Source of the DNA: Spirochaetia bacterium
GTDB lineage: Bacteria; Spirochaetota; Spirochaetia; SZUA-6; Bin103
NCBI GenBank assembly: GCA_965199955.1
Contig: CBDATQ010000001.1
Coordinates: 1,888,001 to 1,952,000 of the forward strand
Direction of reading: 5' to 3'
Length of the DNA: 64,000 nt
The notes under the pieces are model-generated. The model saw nothing but the letters and a program-made list of their open reading frames with translations. It was not told the origin of the DNA and did not search any database. Both the position numbers and the translations under genes were made by a program. Shown here in pieces: positions 50,308 to 59,981 of this stretch; the stretch's first letter is position 1, and every line of letters begins with the position of its first letter.

Positions 50308-50620
50308 GCCGTAAGCCTACGCGATCGTGACGATACGGAGTCTATCCAGTCCTCCAGCGACACGCTCAATGTTTCCCCCCTCCGCGCCAGAGTGTCAAAC
50401 AACGACCATCCCGTCGGTGCCGAGTCGTGAAGCGGATTGTGATAGCGAAAGTCGACCGGCACGATACGAAGATAGCACTTCATCTTCCGTGTCCCGGTCC
50501 AGTGCGTCCTGAAGCAACTCCCGCAACAGCGTCGTACGATCCTTGCCGCGGGCTCGGGCATGCCGGTCGGAGTTCGCTCAGGACCTCGTCAGGAAGACGG
50601 ATCGGTGTCGGTTTGGTCAC
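50304..50620 (-). pseudogene. RHH (CopG-like) plus UPF0175-type antitoxin with two +1 frameshifts
   Basis: Hand translation VTKPTPIRLPDEVLSEL / DRHARARGKDRTTLLRELLQDAL...YRAGRLSLSQSASRLG / WSLFDTLARRG; frameshifts near 50570 and 50411. Confidence 0.7.
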
Positions 50621-50781
50621 GGTCCCTCGCGGGAGTTGTTCGGCGGTGGCGGGGAGGGATTGGGATTGGGTGGTGCCGGCGGAGCGGGTATGGGCGGCCG
50701 CGAGGGTGGTGTTGGAGTCTTTGGGCGCGGGAGGGATCGGGTATTGGGTCCCTCCTCACGTGAGAAGTCACGACGTGGCAT
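50617..50781 (-). CDS. Putative 54-aa proline-rich micropeptide
   Basis: MPRRDFSREEGPNTRSLPRPKTPTPPSRPPIPAPPAPPNPNPSPPPPNNSREGP; overlaps the upstream stop and the downstream GTG. Confidence 0.5.
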   Translation of the reverse strand: MPRRDFSREEGPNTRSLPRPKTPTPPSRPPIPAPPAPPNPNPSPPPPNNSREGP

Positions 50782-51286
50782 ATTCGTGCTTTACTGTCTC
50801 GTACGCTCTCTTGGCACATTCTTGGTTGAGGGAATCATCAAGTGGGATTTCGCGCGGAACGACGTCGACGATATCTGTCGCTCTGCGTTCCAGATCTTCG
50901 CACCGTTTCAAGACTTCGTCGCCATCCATCCGGCTTATCTCAGCCCACAGTCGCCGCCATTCTCGTGCGAGGGCGGAACACTCCTTCGCAACGCCTGCTG
51001 CCGTTGCGGCCTTTTCAGCATGTCCGAAGACCCTGGACCAGATTGCAGCGAGGGCGACCAGAAGGTTGAGGCAGATCGCTACGACAGGTGGCAGGCCGCC
51101 CACCGTGGTCACGACGGCACCCGACGCTCCGAACGCTATGAAGACATTCGTCAGGTTGCTGAGCTTGCGCATCCTGGCCGCGATGGAGGCGAAGTAGAGG
51201 TGCTCTCTGTCGGTGTCCAGAAGGCCCAACCAGACGCGAGTGGCGATCTGGTCTTCAAACGTGGTTTCCGCCTGCATCTCGCTCAT
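50768..51286 (-). CDS. Two-TM membrane protein, SLATT-like
   Basis: AGGAGG RBS; N-terminal helix, hydrophobic hairpin, cytoplasmic helix KAATA..VAKEC..L..EW; locally lower GC. Confidence 0.6.
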   Translation of the reverse strand: MSEMQAETTFEDQIATRVWLGLLDTDREHLYFASIAARMRKLSNLTNVFIAFGASGAVVTTVGGLPPVVAICLNLLVALAAIWSRVFGHAEKAATAAGVAKECSALAREWRRLWAEISRMDGDEVLKRCEDLERRATDIVDVVPREIPLDDSLNQECAKRAYETVKHEYATS

Positions 51287-51358
51287 GGTGTCCTCCTGAC
51301 TCACATCTCGGCCGGATCTCATGAGACACCCATAGGGTGTTGTCGTTGCACAAAACCG

Positions 51359-52876
51359 TCAAGGCGAGCTTGCAGGCGCTTCGCCGGCCTCCTGAAGGAG
51401 CCGTCGCAGGCGCCGTCCACGCTCGGGCTCCGGGGCGTCACAGGACCGCCAGCTCCGGTCGGCGGCGATCACGTCGTGGGGGCTTCCGCCGCCTGCGGCG
51501 ATGCGGGCGTTGACCAGCGCGCCGAGCGCGTCGGTCTTGTGGGCGAGGTTTCCGGAGCGGTCGTTGAGGAGAATGCGAGCGTCAGTCGCGACCCGGCCGT
51601 CGGTCTCGGCCAGCATCCGCAGGCCGGTGTGGAGCACGTCTCGGATCAGCGGCGCCCGCGACAGGCCGCCGGTCAGCACGAAGGTGCTGATCCGCTCGGC
51701 GGCGGACGGGAGCATCGCCCGCACTCGGTCGAGCATCTCCAGGGAGATCGAGCACTGGATGCTGGCGGTCTGCGCGGCCAGGTCCAGGCCGGCGAGCTCC
51801 GGCCAGCCGGTGCGGTCGGGGTCTGGCTCGGGGACACGGACGATCCGTTCGGGGTCGGACGCCATCGCCAGGCCGTTCAGCTCGTCGTAATCCGTCCCGG
51901 GCGCGGTTTCGGCGCGGAACTGTTCGTACCAGGCCCCGCACTGCGCCAGCATCAGCAGGAACAGGCGATCGTCCCAGTATTCGAAGCCCAGGGCGTCTCC
52001 GCTGGGTCGGCTGGCGTGCGGCGCCGGCAGGTTGACCGAACCGCTGGTCCCCAGCGACAGCACCATGGTGTCGTACTCGGTAGCGCCGCAGCCGGCAGCG
52101 GAGGCGTGGTTGTCGCCGAGCATCGCCGCGGTCTTCCAGCCGCGGAGCTGGTCGGTCAGCTCGCGCCAAGCCGGGGCCGCGGACGGTACGACGGCGCCGA
52201 CAACGCCGCTGGAAGCGATCACTGGGGGAAACCACTCCGGCCGCAGGTTGCCGCCGAGGAGCCGGCCGGCCTCTCTGAGCGGCGCGGTCGCGAGTTCCTT
52301 GGTCTGCTGGTCGAGCAATCCGTTGGAGAGCGCGTCGGAGGAGCTCAGGCGGTATCGGCCGCCGGTGAGCCGCCCGGCCAGCCAGTCGCCGCTGGTCATC
52401 GCCGTGTGCAGCTCGTCGCGCAGGCGCGGCTCCTGCTGCAACGCCCAGGGGAGCTTGGCGGCGACGAATCGGGCCTCGACGGAGCCGACCGCATCCCGGA
52501 ACGCCGGAAGGCCGTTGAGCGCATCGGTCTGCGCGCCGGCCAGGTTGCACTGCCAGCTCAGAGCAGGAATCAGCGGCTCGCCGTCGTGGCCCACAAGTAC
52601 CAGGTCGTGCTGTCGCCACGCCTGGCTGAGATGGCCCGGCTCGGAGAGGTCCCAGCCGTCGTCGCCGAGGCGCGTCAGCAACTCCAGCACCATGCCGGGA
52701 AGCGCCTGCAGGTCGAATGCCGGGCTCCCATGCCATTCGACCGCGCCGGCCATCGGCAGACTCACGTATCCCTCGGTCCCGTCCTCGGCCGCGGCCGCCA
52801 GGCCGCACTCCGTGGTCGAGCACACCAGGCCGAGATAGCGGGCAGAGCGAGGACGAGCGCCGGTCTGTTTTGACAT
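51359..52876 (-). CDS. FGGY carbohydrate kinase (xylulokinase-like)
   Basis: WRQHDLVLV...PALSWQC, GDNHASAAG, SLGTSG, VLTGGLS; xylA lies nearby on the same strand. Confidence 0.8.
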   Translation of the reverse strand: MSKQTGARPRSARYLGLVCSTTECGLAAAAEDGTEGYVSLPMAGAVEWHGSPAFDLQALPGMVLELLTRLGDDGWDLSEPGHLSQAWRQHDLVLVGHDGEPLIPALSWQCNLAGAQTDALNGLPAFRDAVGSVEARFVAAKLPWALQQEPRLRDELHTAMTSGDWLAGRLTGGRYRLSSSDALSNGLLDQQTKELATAPLREAGRLLGGNLRPEWFPPVIASSGVVGAVVPSAAPAWRELTDQLRGWKTAAMLGDNHASAAGCGATEYDTMVLSLGTSGSVNLPAPHASRPSGDALGFEYWDDRLFLLMLAQCGAWYEQFRAETAPGTDYDELNGLAMASDPERIVRVPEPDPDRTGWPELAGLDLAAQTASIQCSISLEMLDRVRAMLPSAAERISTFVLTGGLSRAPLIRDVLHTGLRMLAETDGRVATDARILLNDRSGNLAHKTDALGALVNARIAAGGGSPHDVIAADRSWRSCDAPEPERGRRLRRLLQEAGEAPASSP

Positions 52877-52911
52877 CGCAACTACCTTGCGCTCATCCTA
52901 ATCCATGTCAG

Positions 52912-53526
52912 ATGAACAAACTATCTGACCGAAACGAATACGAGCTGCCTGCGGAGTACGACTTCGCGGGGAAGGAGCCGGTACGCGGGCGGTTCCATTC
53001 CCGCAAGAAGAACTCGATCACCGATCCTCTCGCCATCCGACCGGCGCGCGCGGCGGACGCCGAGGCGGTCGCACGCATCTACGTCGACTCCTGGAATGCC
53101 TCATTCGGGGAGCTGCTGTCGCGAACGGATCGAACCGTAGAGCCGGAGTTGGTCGCGCGCTGGCGGCGGGGCTTTTCCCGGCCTGTCCCGCACCGGTCGT
53201 GGGTTGCCGAGCGCTCGGGAACGATCGTCGGGTGCGTCCAGATCGGTCCGAGCCGCGATCCCGTGGATCCATCGATCGGCGAACTGCACAGTATCTTCGT
53301 CGATGAGCCATATTGGCGCATGGGAGTCGGCAGCGCGCTGTGTGCGGTCGCTCATCGCCATCTCCTGAGGGACGGCTATCGCGTCTCGATACTGTGGACC
53401 GTCGCCGGCTATCGCCAGGGCATCGCCTTCTACGAGGCGATGGGGTGGCGCCGGGACGGCGGCATTCGCGACCGGGGACGGCAGATCCGCTTCCGCCGCG
53501 AGCCGATGACTCACGGGCCCGGCTGA
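52912..53526 (+). CDS. GNAT acetyltransferase with an N-terminal antitoxin-like fragment
   Basis: ELPAEYDF...VRGRF followed by IRPARAADAEAVARIYVDSW, WRMGVGSAL, FYEAMGW. Confidence 0.78.
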   Translation: MNKLSDRNEYELPAEYDFAGKEPVRGRFHSRKKNSITDPLAIRPARAADAEAVARIYVDSWNASFGELLSRTDRTVEPELVARWRRGFSRPVPHRSWVAERSGTIVGCVQIGPSRDPVDPSIGELHSIFVDEPYWRMGVGSALCAVAHRHLLRDGYRVSILWTVAGYRQGIAFYEAMGWRRDGGIRDRGRQIRFRREPMTHGPG

Positions 53527-53544
53527 CGGCCGGGAGCGGGTAGA

Positions 53545-54190
53545 TCAGGCGTCGGGCGTGGCCGTTTCGCGGCGGCGCTCGCGCAGGGCCTGGAGTTGGA
53601 GGCCGGTCTCGGTTCCGAAGGAAACCGAGCGCGGGAGCGGCAGCAGGGTCTTCGCGAACAGCAGCTCGCGGCGCTCGCGCGCATTGCGCGGCAGGTCGCC
53701 CGTGTGGTAGATGGAGACCGAGGTCTCCAGGTAGCCGCAGGTCGGGAGGTCGGGGGAGGCGCTCTCGCCGCTCTCCACTACTTCCACCGCGATGCCTTCG
53801 AGGTCGCGCGGGCGGCTGGACGGGAACTCGCGGCCGGCACCGATGAGACTGCTCGTGACGCCCGGGTGGAGCACCTGCACGCGGTCCGGTGCGACGCTCT
53901 TCATGATCGGCAGGTCGCGCTCGAAGGCCGCGTCTCCGTAAACCTGTGCCACCGGCTGCGCGGGCTCGACGCACCCCGGACTCGCGTAGAGCCGCCGGAA
54001 CCGGTCTCCCCGGCAAAGCCGCTGCAGGGTGGGCGGATGACAGTGATCGAAGTGCTCGTGCGTGATGAAGAGGTAGTCGTAGACCGGCTCCGTGGCGGTC
54101 AACGCCTCCGAAGAAGTAGGGATCGAAGGCGACGCCGACGCTCGGAAAGCGCGCTTCGCAGCCGCCGCACCCGGACCAGCGAAGATGCAT
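53545..54190 (-). pseudogene. MBL-fold metallohydrolase pseudogene
   Basis: MHLRWSGCGG...FDPYF, frameshift near 54102, THEHFDH, YHTGD; C-terminal half collapsed. Confidence 0.75.
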
Positions 54191-54238
54191 CGTCCCGGAA
54201 CCGCTCGGTGGGATGACCGCGCCCGGCATGGCGGTCGC

Positions 54239-55192
54239 CTAATCGACCGGGACGGGCCCGAGCTCTTCGAAGATCGCCAGCGCAGCGTCGAAGAGGGCGC
54301 GGTCCGCCGGCTCCGCGGCTGCGTCGACCACTTCGTCCACCTGCGCCACCGTGTTCAGCCCGACGATCAGGCTCGACACGATCGGGTGGGCGAGCGCGAA
54401 GCGGACCGCGAAGTTCGTGATCGACGCCGGTCCCAGGCGCTCCCGGATCACCGCCAGGCGATCGTAGGCGCGGTCCCACGACCGTTCGCGCATGCGGTCG
54501 TCGTCCGGCAGCGCATGGCGGTCGGCGCGCCGGTCCGTGAGCAGCCCGGCCAGGAACGGCCGGATGCACAGGAACCCGCCGCCGCTTCGCTCGAGCGCGG
54601 GAAAGAAGCGGGCTATCTCCATCTCGATCACGTTGTAGTAGGCGACCAGGCCGGAAAAGGTACCGGTCGCGAGGGCCGACTCGGCAAACCCCACCGTGTA
54701 TGGAAACGAGGACAGGTAGCCGACCTTGCCCTCGGCGCGGAGCGTCTCGAAGGTGTCGCGGAGCGGTTCGTAGATCGCGTCGATGTCCGGCAGCCGGCGC
54801 TCGTCGGTGTTCGGCTCCGCCCGCTGCAGGTGCTGGATGACCGCGATGCGGTCGGCGTGCAGCTCGGCGAGCGCTTCCTCCACGCGCAGGCGGAACTTCG
54901 CCGGGTCGAAGCGACCGCCGTCGTCAAAGTCGGGAACCGGAACCTTGATGACGTGGTGGATGTCGTGCCGGCGCGGATGGTTGGCCAGCACCGGCGCCAT
55001 CGACCATCGGGTCCCGTACTCGTAGCTGGAATGGAGGAAGTTGACGCCGCGCTCCAGCGCGCGCTCGAGCGCTCTCCTGCCGTTCCTGGACACGTCGTCG
55101 TCGCTGCCGTCCCGGTTCGCGAAACGCATCGGGCCGAAGCAGATCGGCGATACCTCCAGGTCGGTGGTTCCGAATCTTCGAAGCTGCATCAT
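54239..55192 (-). CDS. Aldo/keto reductase
   Basis: FGTTDLEVSPICFG, YYN, PFLAGLL, RFALAHP. Confidence 0.88.
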   Translation of the reverse strand: MMQLRRFGTTDLEVSPICFGPMRFANRDGSDDDVSRNGRRALERALERGVNFLHSSYEYGTRWSMAPVLANHPRRHDIHHVIKVPVPDFDDGGRFDPAKFRLRVEEALAELHADRIAVIQHLQRAEPNTDERRLPDIDAIYEPLRDTFETLRAEGKVGYLSSFPYTVGFAESALATGTFSGLVAYYNVIEMEIARFFPALERSGGGFLCIRPFLAGLLTDRRADRHALPDDDRMRERSWDRAYDRLAVIRERLGPASITNFAVRFALAHPIVSSLIVGLNTVAQVDEVVDAAAEPADRALFDAALAIFEELGPVPVD

Positions 55193-55205
55193 GCCTCCCC
55201 GCAGA

Positions 55206-56096
55206 TCATCCTACCCGCTCGAACTTCTGCAGGCGCTCTTCATCGGCAACGTACAGGTCGCCGTGCGAATCGGTGCAGATGCCGTGAAGGAACGACGGGA
55301 ACCGTCCGGGCGGGTCGCCCTGCTGCCCCCACCGCGAGAGCACGGCTCCGTCCTGGTCGTAGATGGTGATCCGCTGGTAGCACTCGGCCACGTAGATCAC
55401 GCCCTCGCCGTCGACGTGGACGTCCATGGGCTGCCGCAGGTCGCCGACGCCCCAGATCGCGAGCAGGATGCCGTCGCGGCCGAAGAGCTGCAGCCGGTAG
55501 TTCTCCCGGTCGACCACCACCAGCCGCCCGCGGCCGTCCACCGCCAGGCTGTGCGGCAGGTTGAACTGCCCGTCGCCGCCGCCGGCGGTGCCGAACGAAA
55601 GCTCCAGGGCACCGTCGGCGGAGAACCGATGGATGCGCGCGTTGCCGTAGCCGTCGGCGACCCAGATGCCGCCCGTGTCCGGATCGACGACCGCCTGGCA
55701 CGGCTTGTTGAACGGCTCGCCCGGGGCGCCTGCTCGGTTGACCGTCCCCAGGGTCCGCTCGAGCTCGCCGTCGCGGGTGAACACGCGCACCGTGTGGTCG
55801 TTGCGGTCGGTGCAGAGCACCCGGCCGTCTGCGCTGACCGAGACGTTGTGCGCCTCCGCGAACGTGCCGGCGCCCCACGAGCCGACGAACCTCCCGTCGC
55901 ACTCGTAGACCAGCACCTCCCCCTCCGGTTCGCGCTGAAACGCGTACAGCCGGTCGCGATCGGCGTCGCCGGTGCCCACCGCCACGCCGGTCACCATGCC
56001 GCCGGGTTCGCGGCCCTGCGGTCCTGCGCCCCAGCCGGGCACGGCGCGGTAGCGGTGGCTGCCATCGCCCCAGATCTGCGCTCGGTCTTCACTCAC
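55206..56096 (-). CDS. NHL-repeat beta-propeller protein (peptidyl-hydroxyglycine lyase-like)
   Basis: PFNKP, VADGYGNARIHRF, GQFNLPH, DRENYRLQ. Confidence 0.88.
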   Translation of the reverse strand: MSEDRAQIWGDGSHRYRAVPGWGAGPQGREPGGMVTGVAVGTGDADRDRLYAFQREPEGEVLVYECDGRFVGSWGAGTFAEAHNVSVSADGRVLCTDRNDHTVRVFTRDGELERTLGTVNRAGAPGEPFNKPCQAVVDPDTGGIWVADGYGNARIHRFSADGALELSFGTAGGGDGQFNLPHSLAVDGRGRLVVVDRENYRLQLFGRDGILLAIWGVGDLRQPMDVHVDGEGVIYVAECYQRITIYDQDGAVLSRWGQQGDPPGRFPSFLHGICTDSHGDLYVADEERLQKFERVG

Positions 56097-56326
56097 GGAA
56101 TCCCCCTGATGCGTGCCACGTGTTCACGGAGAGTGTCCATCTTTACGCCGAATGCCTTCTCGATGCGAAGCGCCATGGTTCCGGACAGGTCGGAGCGGCC
56201 GTTGAGAAACGTCGACAACGTAGGGCGCGAAACGCCGAGCACGGCCGCGGCGGCGGCAACGGTCAAGCCAAGGGGCTCGATGATCTCGGTCCTCACGAAC
56301 TCCCCGGGGTGGGGTGGGTTGAGCAT
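56093..56326 (-). CDS. higA: HigA-family HTH antitoxin (orphan, C-terminus shortened)
   Basis: NPPHPGEF...LGVSRPTLS...MALRIEKAFG. Confidence 0.82.
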   Translation of the reverse strand: MLNPPHPGEFVRTEIIEPLGLTVAAAAAVLGVSRPTLSTFLNGRSDLSGTMALRIEKAFGVKMDTLREHVARIRGIP

Positions 56327-56399
56327 GCGCACACCGACCCGGACATGGCGGACGCCGCCTTGCCGGAGAGAGATGCCGTCCGCGTCCGGTACCGCAGCG

Positions 56400-56699
56400 T
56401 CCAGACTCGCGAGCCGGTCTTCCGGGTGCGCCTGGATGCGGGCTCCCGCGGCCTGCAGGTAGGCGCGGTAGCGGTTCTGGTCGAAGTCCTGTGGGTAGCG
56501 AAAGCGCTGGTTGACGCTCTCGCCGAAGTGATAATCGCCGGCCTGAAGCACGAGTCGCCGTATCTCGGCGGTGCTGAGCTTCTGCGTCGTCGCCCCTGCC
56601 TCAGGTAGAAGCCTTAATTGCAGTGATACGGTTGAATTCGGGGCGCTGCCCTTCCCCTTCGGCCAGGAGGAGGGCGAGGCGGCTGGCCGGGTCGATCAT
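56400..56699 (-). pseudogene. AlbA_2 (Schlafen-like) domain protein remnant
   Basis: MIDPASRLALLLAEGEGQRPEF joined to PYHCN*GFYLRQG/ATTQKLSTAEIR...FDQNRYRAYLQAAG; stop, frameshift and deletion. Confidence 0.7.
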
Positions 56700-56898
56700 C
56701 GTAGCCAATGTACCGAGGCAGGTCTCCGGCGTACAGCATTTTCGGCGCAAATAAGGGGCAAATGCGGCGCATTTATGCTCACGGTCGCCGACTCGTATGG
56801 CCCTGCACGCAACGCACGAGGACGAGTCCGGTCGAGGAGAAGCAGGGCCGTCGGCTGCGACTGTGAGCGCCGTGCGTCCTGGACTACACTCCGCGGCC

Positions 56899-58053
56899 AT
56901 GCGTATCACACAGGTGGGAGCGGCGCTGGTCGAGTCGGGCTGGGTGCTGATCAGGGTCCGCACCGACGGCGGGATCACCGGTTTGGGCGAGGCATACCAC
57001 GGCGCGGGCGTGCACCAGATCGCCGTCGACGACCGCCTGACGAAGGCGCTCATCGGGCAGGACCCGCGCAACGTCAATCGCCTCTTCAAGGACATGATGG
57101 GGGCCATGTCCGCCTCCGGGTTCTACCAGGGGGCGGTGATGAGCGCCATCAGCGGCATCGAGATGGCCTTGTGGGACATCACCGGCCAGGCCTGCGGCCA
57201 GCCCATCTGGCGCATGCTGGGCGGCTGCTACCGCGACACCATCCGCATTTACGCCGACTGCCACGCCGGCGACCAGGAGACGCCCGCCTCGTATGTGGAG
57301 AAGGCGCGCGCGGTGGAGGCGTGCGGCTTCTCCGCGCTCAAGTTCGACATCGACCCGCTGCCGCAGATGCGCGACAAGCACAGCCGGGGGCTCTCGAGCG
57401 CCGAGATCGACCACTACGTCGAGGTGGTGACGGCGCTCCGCGAGGGGATCGATCCGGCCACCGAGCTGGCCATCGACGCGCACTGGTACTACCCGCCGGT
57501 GGACATCCTCAAGGTCGCGCACCGCCTGGAGGGGCTGGACCTGCTCTGGCTGGAGGACCCGATCCCGCCGGAGAACGTGGCCGCCATGCGCGAAGTGAAA
57601 CGCCAGACCACCCTGCCGATCTGCACGGGCGAGAACTTCTACACCCGCCACGGGTTCCGCGAGCTGGTGGAGACGCAGGCGGCCGACATCATCTGTCCGG
57701 ACATCGCCAAGGCCGGCGGCCTGGCCGAGAGCAAGCGCATCGCCGAGATAGGCGAGCTCTACTACCTGCCGCTGGCGCCGCACAACGTGTGCAGCCCGGT
57801 CGGCACCTACGCGATGGCGCACGTGTGCGCGACGGTGCCCAACTTCCTGGTGCTGGAGTACCATTTCCACCACGACCCGAACTGGCCGCTGTTCGTGCGT
57901 GCGGCGGACCCGGCCCGGAGCCCGCTCGGCCCCGACGGTCACCTGATCCAGGACGGCTACGTGCGGATGACGGAGGCCCCGGGCCTGGGACTCGTCCCCG
58001 ACGAGGCGCATGTGCAGGCGCGGCTGCGGGAGGACCTGGGTTTCCTGAGCTGA
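56899..58053 (+). CDS. Enolase-superfamily acid-sugar dehydratase (galactonate/gluconate dehydratase-like)
   Basis: SGIEMALWDI, YADCH, ALKFD, IDAH, WLEDP, GEN, APHN. Confidence 0.9.
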   Translation: MRITQVGAALVESGWVLIRVRTDGGITGLGEAYHGAGVHQIAVDDRLTKALIGQDPRNVNRLFKDMMGAMSASGFYQGAVMSAISGIEMALWDITGQACGQPIWRMLGGCYRDTIRIYADCHAGDQETPASYVEKARAVEACGFSALKFDIDPLPQMRDKHSRGLSSAEIDHYVEVVTALREGIDPATELAIDAHWYYPPVDILKVAHRLEGLDLLWLEDPIPPENVAAMREVKRQTTLPICTGENFYTRHGFRELVETQAADIICPDIAKAGGLAESKRIAEIGELYYLPLAPHNVCSPVGTYAMAHVCATVPNFLVLEYHFHHDPNWPLFVRAADPARSPLGPDGHLIQDGYVRMTEAPGLGLVPDEAHVQARLREDLGFLS

Positions 58054-58121
58054 CTGGGGCTTCCTGAGCTGACCGGCGTCGGGTCGCGTCCCCGACCGTG
58101 CGCGGGTATGGTACCGGCGCG

Positions 58122-59888
58122 ATGAGCAACCTCGATCCCGTCACCATGGCGGACTGGCAGATCAGCCAGGCCGCCGAGCGCGACATGAAGAGCGTGCAGC
58201 AGCTCGCGGACGAGCTCGGGCTCGAACCGCACGAGGTCCTGCCGTACGGCCACCACGTCGGCAAGGTGGACCAGGCGAGCGTGCTCCGGCGGCTCGCGGG
58301 CCGCCCCGACGGCAAGTACGTGAACGTCACCGCCATCACGCCCACCACGCTGGGCGAGGGCAAGACCACCACCACGATGGGGCTGGTGGAAGGGCTGGCC
58401 GCCATCGGCAAACGCGTCACCGGCGCGATCCGCCAGCCCTCGGGCGGCCCGACCTTCAACATCAAGGGCTCGGCGGCCGGCGGCGGGCTGGCGCAGTGCA
58501 TCCCGCTGAACGACCTCAGCCTGGGCCTGACCGGCGACATCGACGCCATCACCAGCGCCCACAACCTGGCGATGGTCGCGCTCACCAGCCGCCTGCAGCA
58601 CGAGGCCAACTACGGCGACCGGAGCCTGGCGCGCAGAAAGCTCCGCCGCCTGGACGTCGACCCGCGCACCGTCACCATGGGCTGGGCGATGGACTTCAGC
58701 GCGCAGGCGCTGCGCGACATCGTCATCGGGCTCGGCGGCCGCATGGACGGCCTGATGATGCGCAGCCACTTCCAGATCTCGGTCTCGTCCGAGGTCATGG
58801 CGATCCTGGCGGTCGCCGCCGACCTGGCGGACCTGCGCGCGCGCCTCGGGCGCATCGTCATGGCCCACGCCCGCGACGGCAGCCCGGTCACCACCGCCAA
58901 CCTCGAGGTGGACGGCGCCATGGCCGCGATCATGGCGCGCGCCATCAACCCCAACCTGATGCAGACGGTCGAGGGGCAGCCGGTGCTCGTGCACGCCGGG
59001 CCGTTCGCGAACATCGCCATCGGCCAGTCGTCGATCGTCGCCGACCGGGTGGGACTGAAGCTCGCCGAATACCACGTGACCGAGAGCGGCTTCGGCGCCG
59101 ACATCGGCTTCGAGAAGTTCTGGAACCTCAAGTGCCGGCTGAGCGGACTGACCCCCGACTGCGCGGTGGTGGTGGCGACCATCCGGGCGCTGAAGATGCA
59201 CGGCGGCGGCCCGCGCGTGGTGCCGGGCAAGGCGCTGGACGCCGCCTACACGGAGGGCAATCCCGCGCTTGTGGAGCAGGGGACCCCGAACCTGCTGGCG
59301 CACCTGGCCACGGTGCAGAAGAGCGGCGTGCGGCCGGTCGTCTGCCTCAACCACTTCCTCACCGACACGGACGAGGAGGTGGCCCTGGTGCGGCGCGCGG
59401 TCGAGGCGCAGGGCGGCACCTGCGTGGTGAGCCGCCACTGGCGCCACGGCGGCGCCGGAGCGCGCGACCTGGCGGAGGCGGTGGCCGCGGCGTGCGACGA
59501 GCCGGCCGGGTTCCGCTATCTCTACCCGGACACGCTGCCGTTGCGCGAGCGCATCGAGCGCATCACCACCGAGGTGTACGGCGGCGCCGGCGTGACCTAC
59601 GCGCCAGCGGCACGAGCGCGGCTGAAGGAGATGGAGGAGGATGCGGCGCTGGCCGGCCTCGGGACCTGCATGGTCAAGACCCACCTCAGCCTCAGCCACG
59701 ACCCGGCGCTGAAGGGCCGGCCCACCGGCTGGGAGCTGCCGGTGCGCGACATCCTGCTCTACCGCGGTGCCGGGCTGGCGGTGCCGGTGGCCGGCGACAT
59801 CAAGCTGATGCCCGGCACGGCCTCCGACCCCGCGTTCCGGCGCATCGACGTGGACACGGCCACTGGGCGCATCACGGGCCTGCACTGA
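58122..59888 (+). CDS. fhs: Formate--tetrahydrofolate ligase
   Basis: [46 protein letters not shown]. Confidence 0.97.
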   Translation: MSNLDPVTMADWQISQAAERDMKSVQQLADELGLEPHEVLPYGHHVGKVDQASVLRRLAGRPDGKYVNVTAITPTTLGEGKTTTTMGLVEGLAAIGKRVTGAIRQPSGGPTFNIKGSAAGGGLAQCIPLNDLSLGLTGDIDAITSAHNLAMVALTSRLQHEANYGDRSLARRKLRRLDVDPRTVTMGWAMDFSAQALRDIVIGLGGRMDGLMMRSHFQISVSSEVMAILAVAADLADLRARLGRIVMAHARDGSPVTTANLEVDGAMAAIMARAINPNLMQTVEGQPVLVHAGPFANIAIGQSSIVADRVGLKLAEYHVTESGFGADIGFEKFWNLKCRLSGLTPDCAVVVATIRALKMHGGGPRVVPGKALDAAYTEGNPALVEQGTPNLLAHLATVQKSGVRPVVCLNHFLTDTDEEVALVRRAVEAQGGTCVVSRHWRHGGAGARDLAEAVAAACDEPAGFRYLYPDTLPLRERIERITTEVYGGAGVTYAPAARARLKEMEEDAALAGLGTCMVKTHLSLSHDPALKGRPTGWELPVRDILLYRGAGLAVPVAGDIKLMPGTASDPAFRRIDVDTATGRITGLH

Positions 59889-59981
59889 CAGGCAGTCGGG
59901 AGGCTGCTGCCCGCGGTCGGTAGCGCGGCGGCGGTATCAGGTGAGCAGGTACGGTATCAAGTGGGCGGGTAGTCTCCGCCG

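Noticed and set aside
58036..58073. Duplicated ttcctgagctgac at the end of the dehydratase gene, a possible att site
   Set aside because: The copies are adjacent with nothing integrated between them; probably a local slippage duplication.
59932..59971. Imperfect 20-bp tandem repeat (cggtatcaggtgagcaggta / cggtatcaagtgggcgggta)
   Set aside because: Only two adjacent units with no spacers or cas genes; not a CRISPR array.
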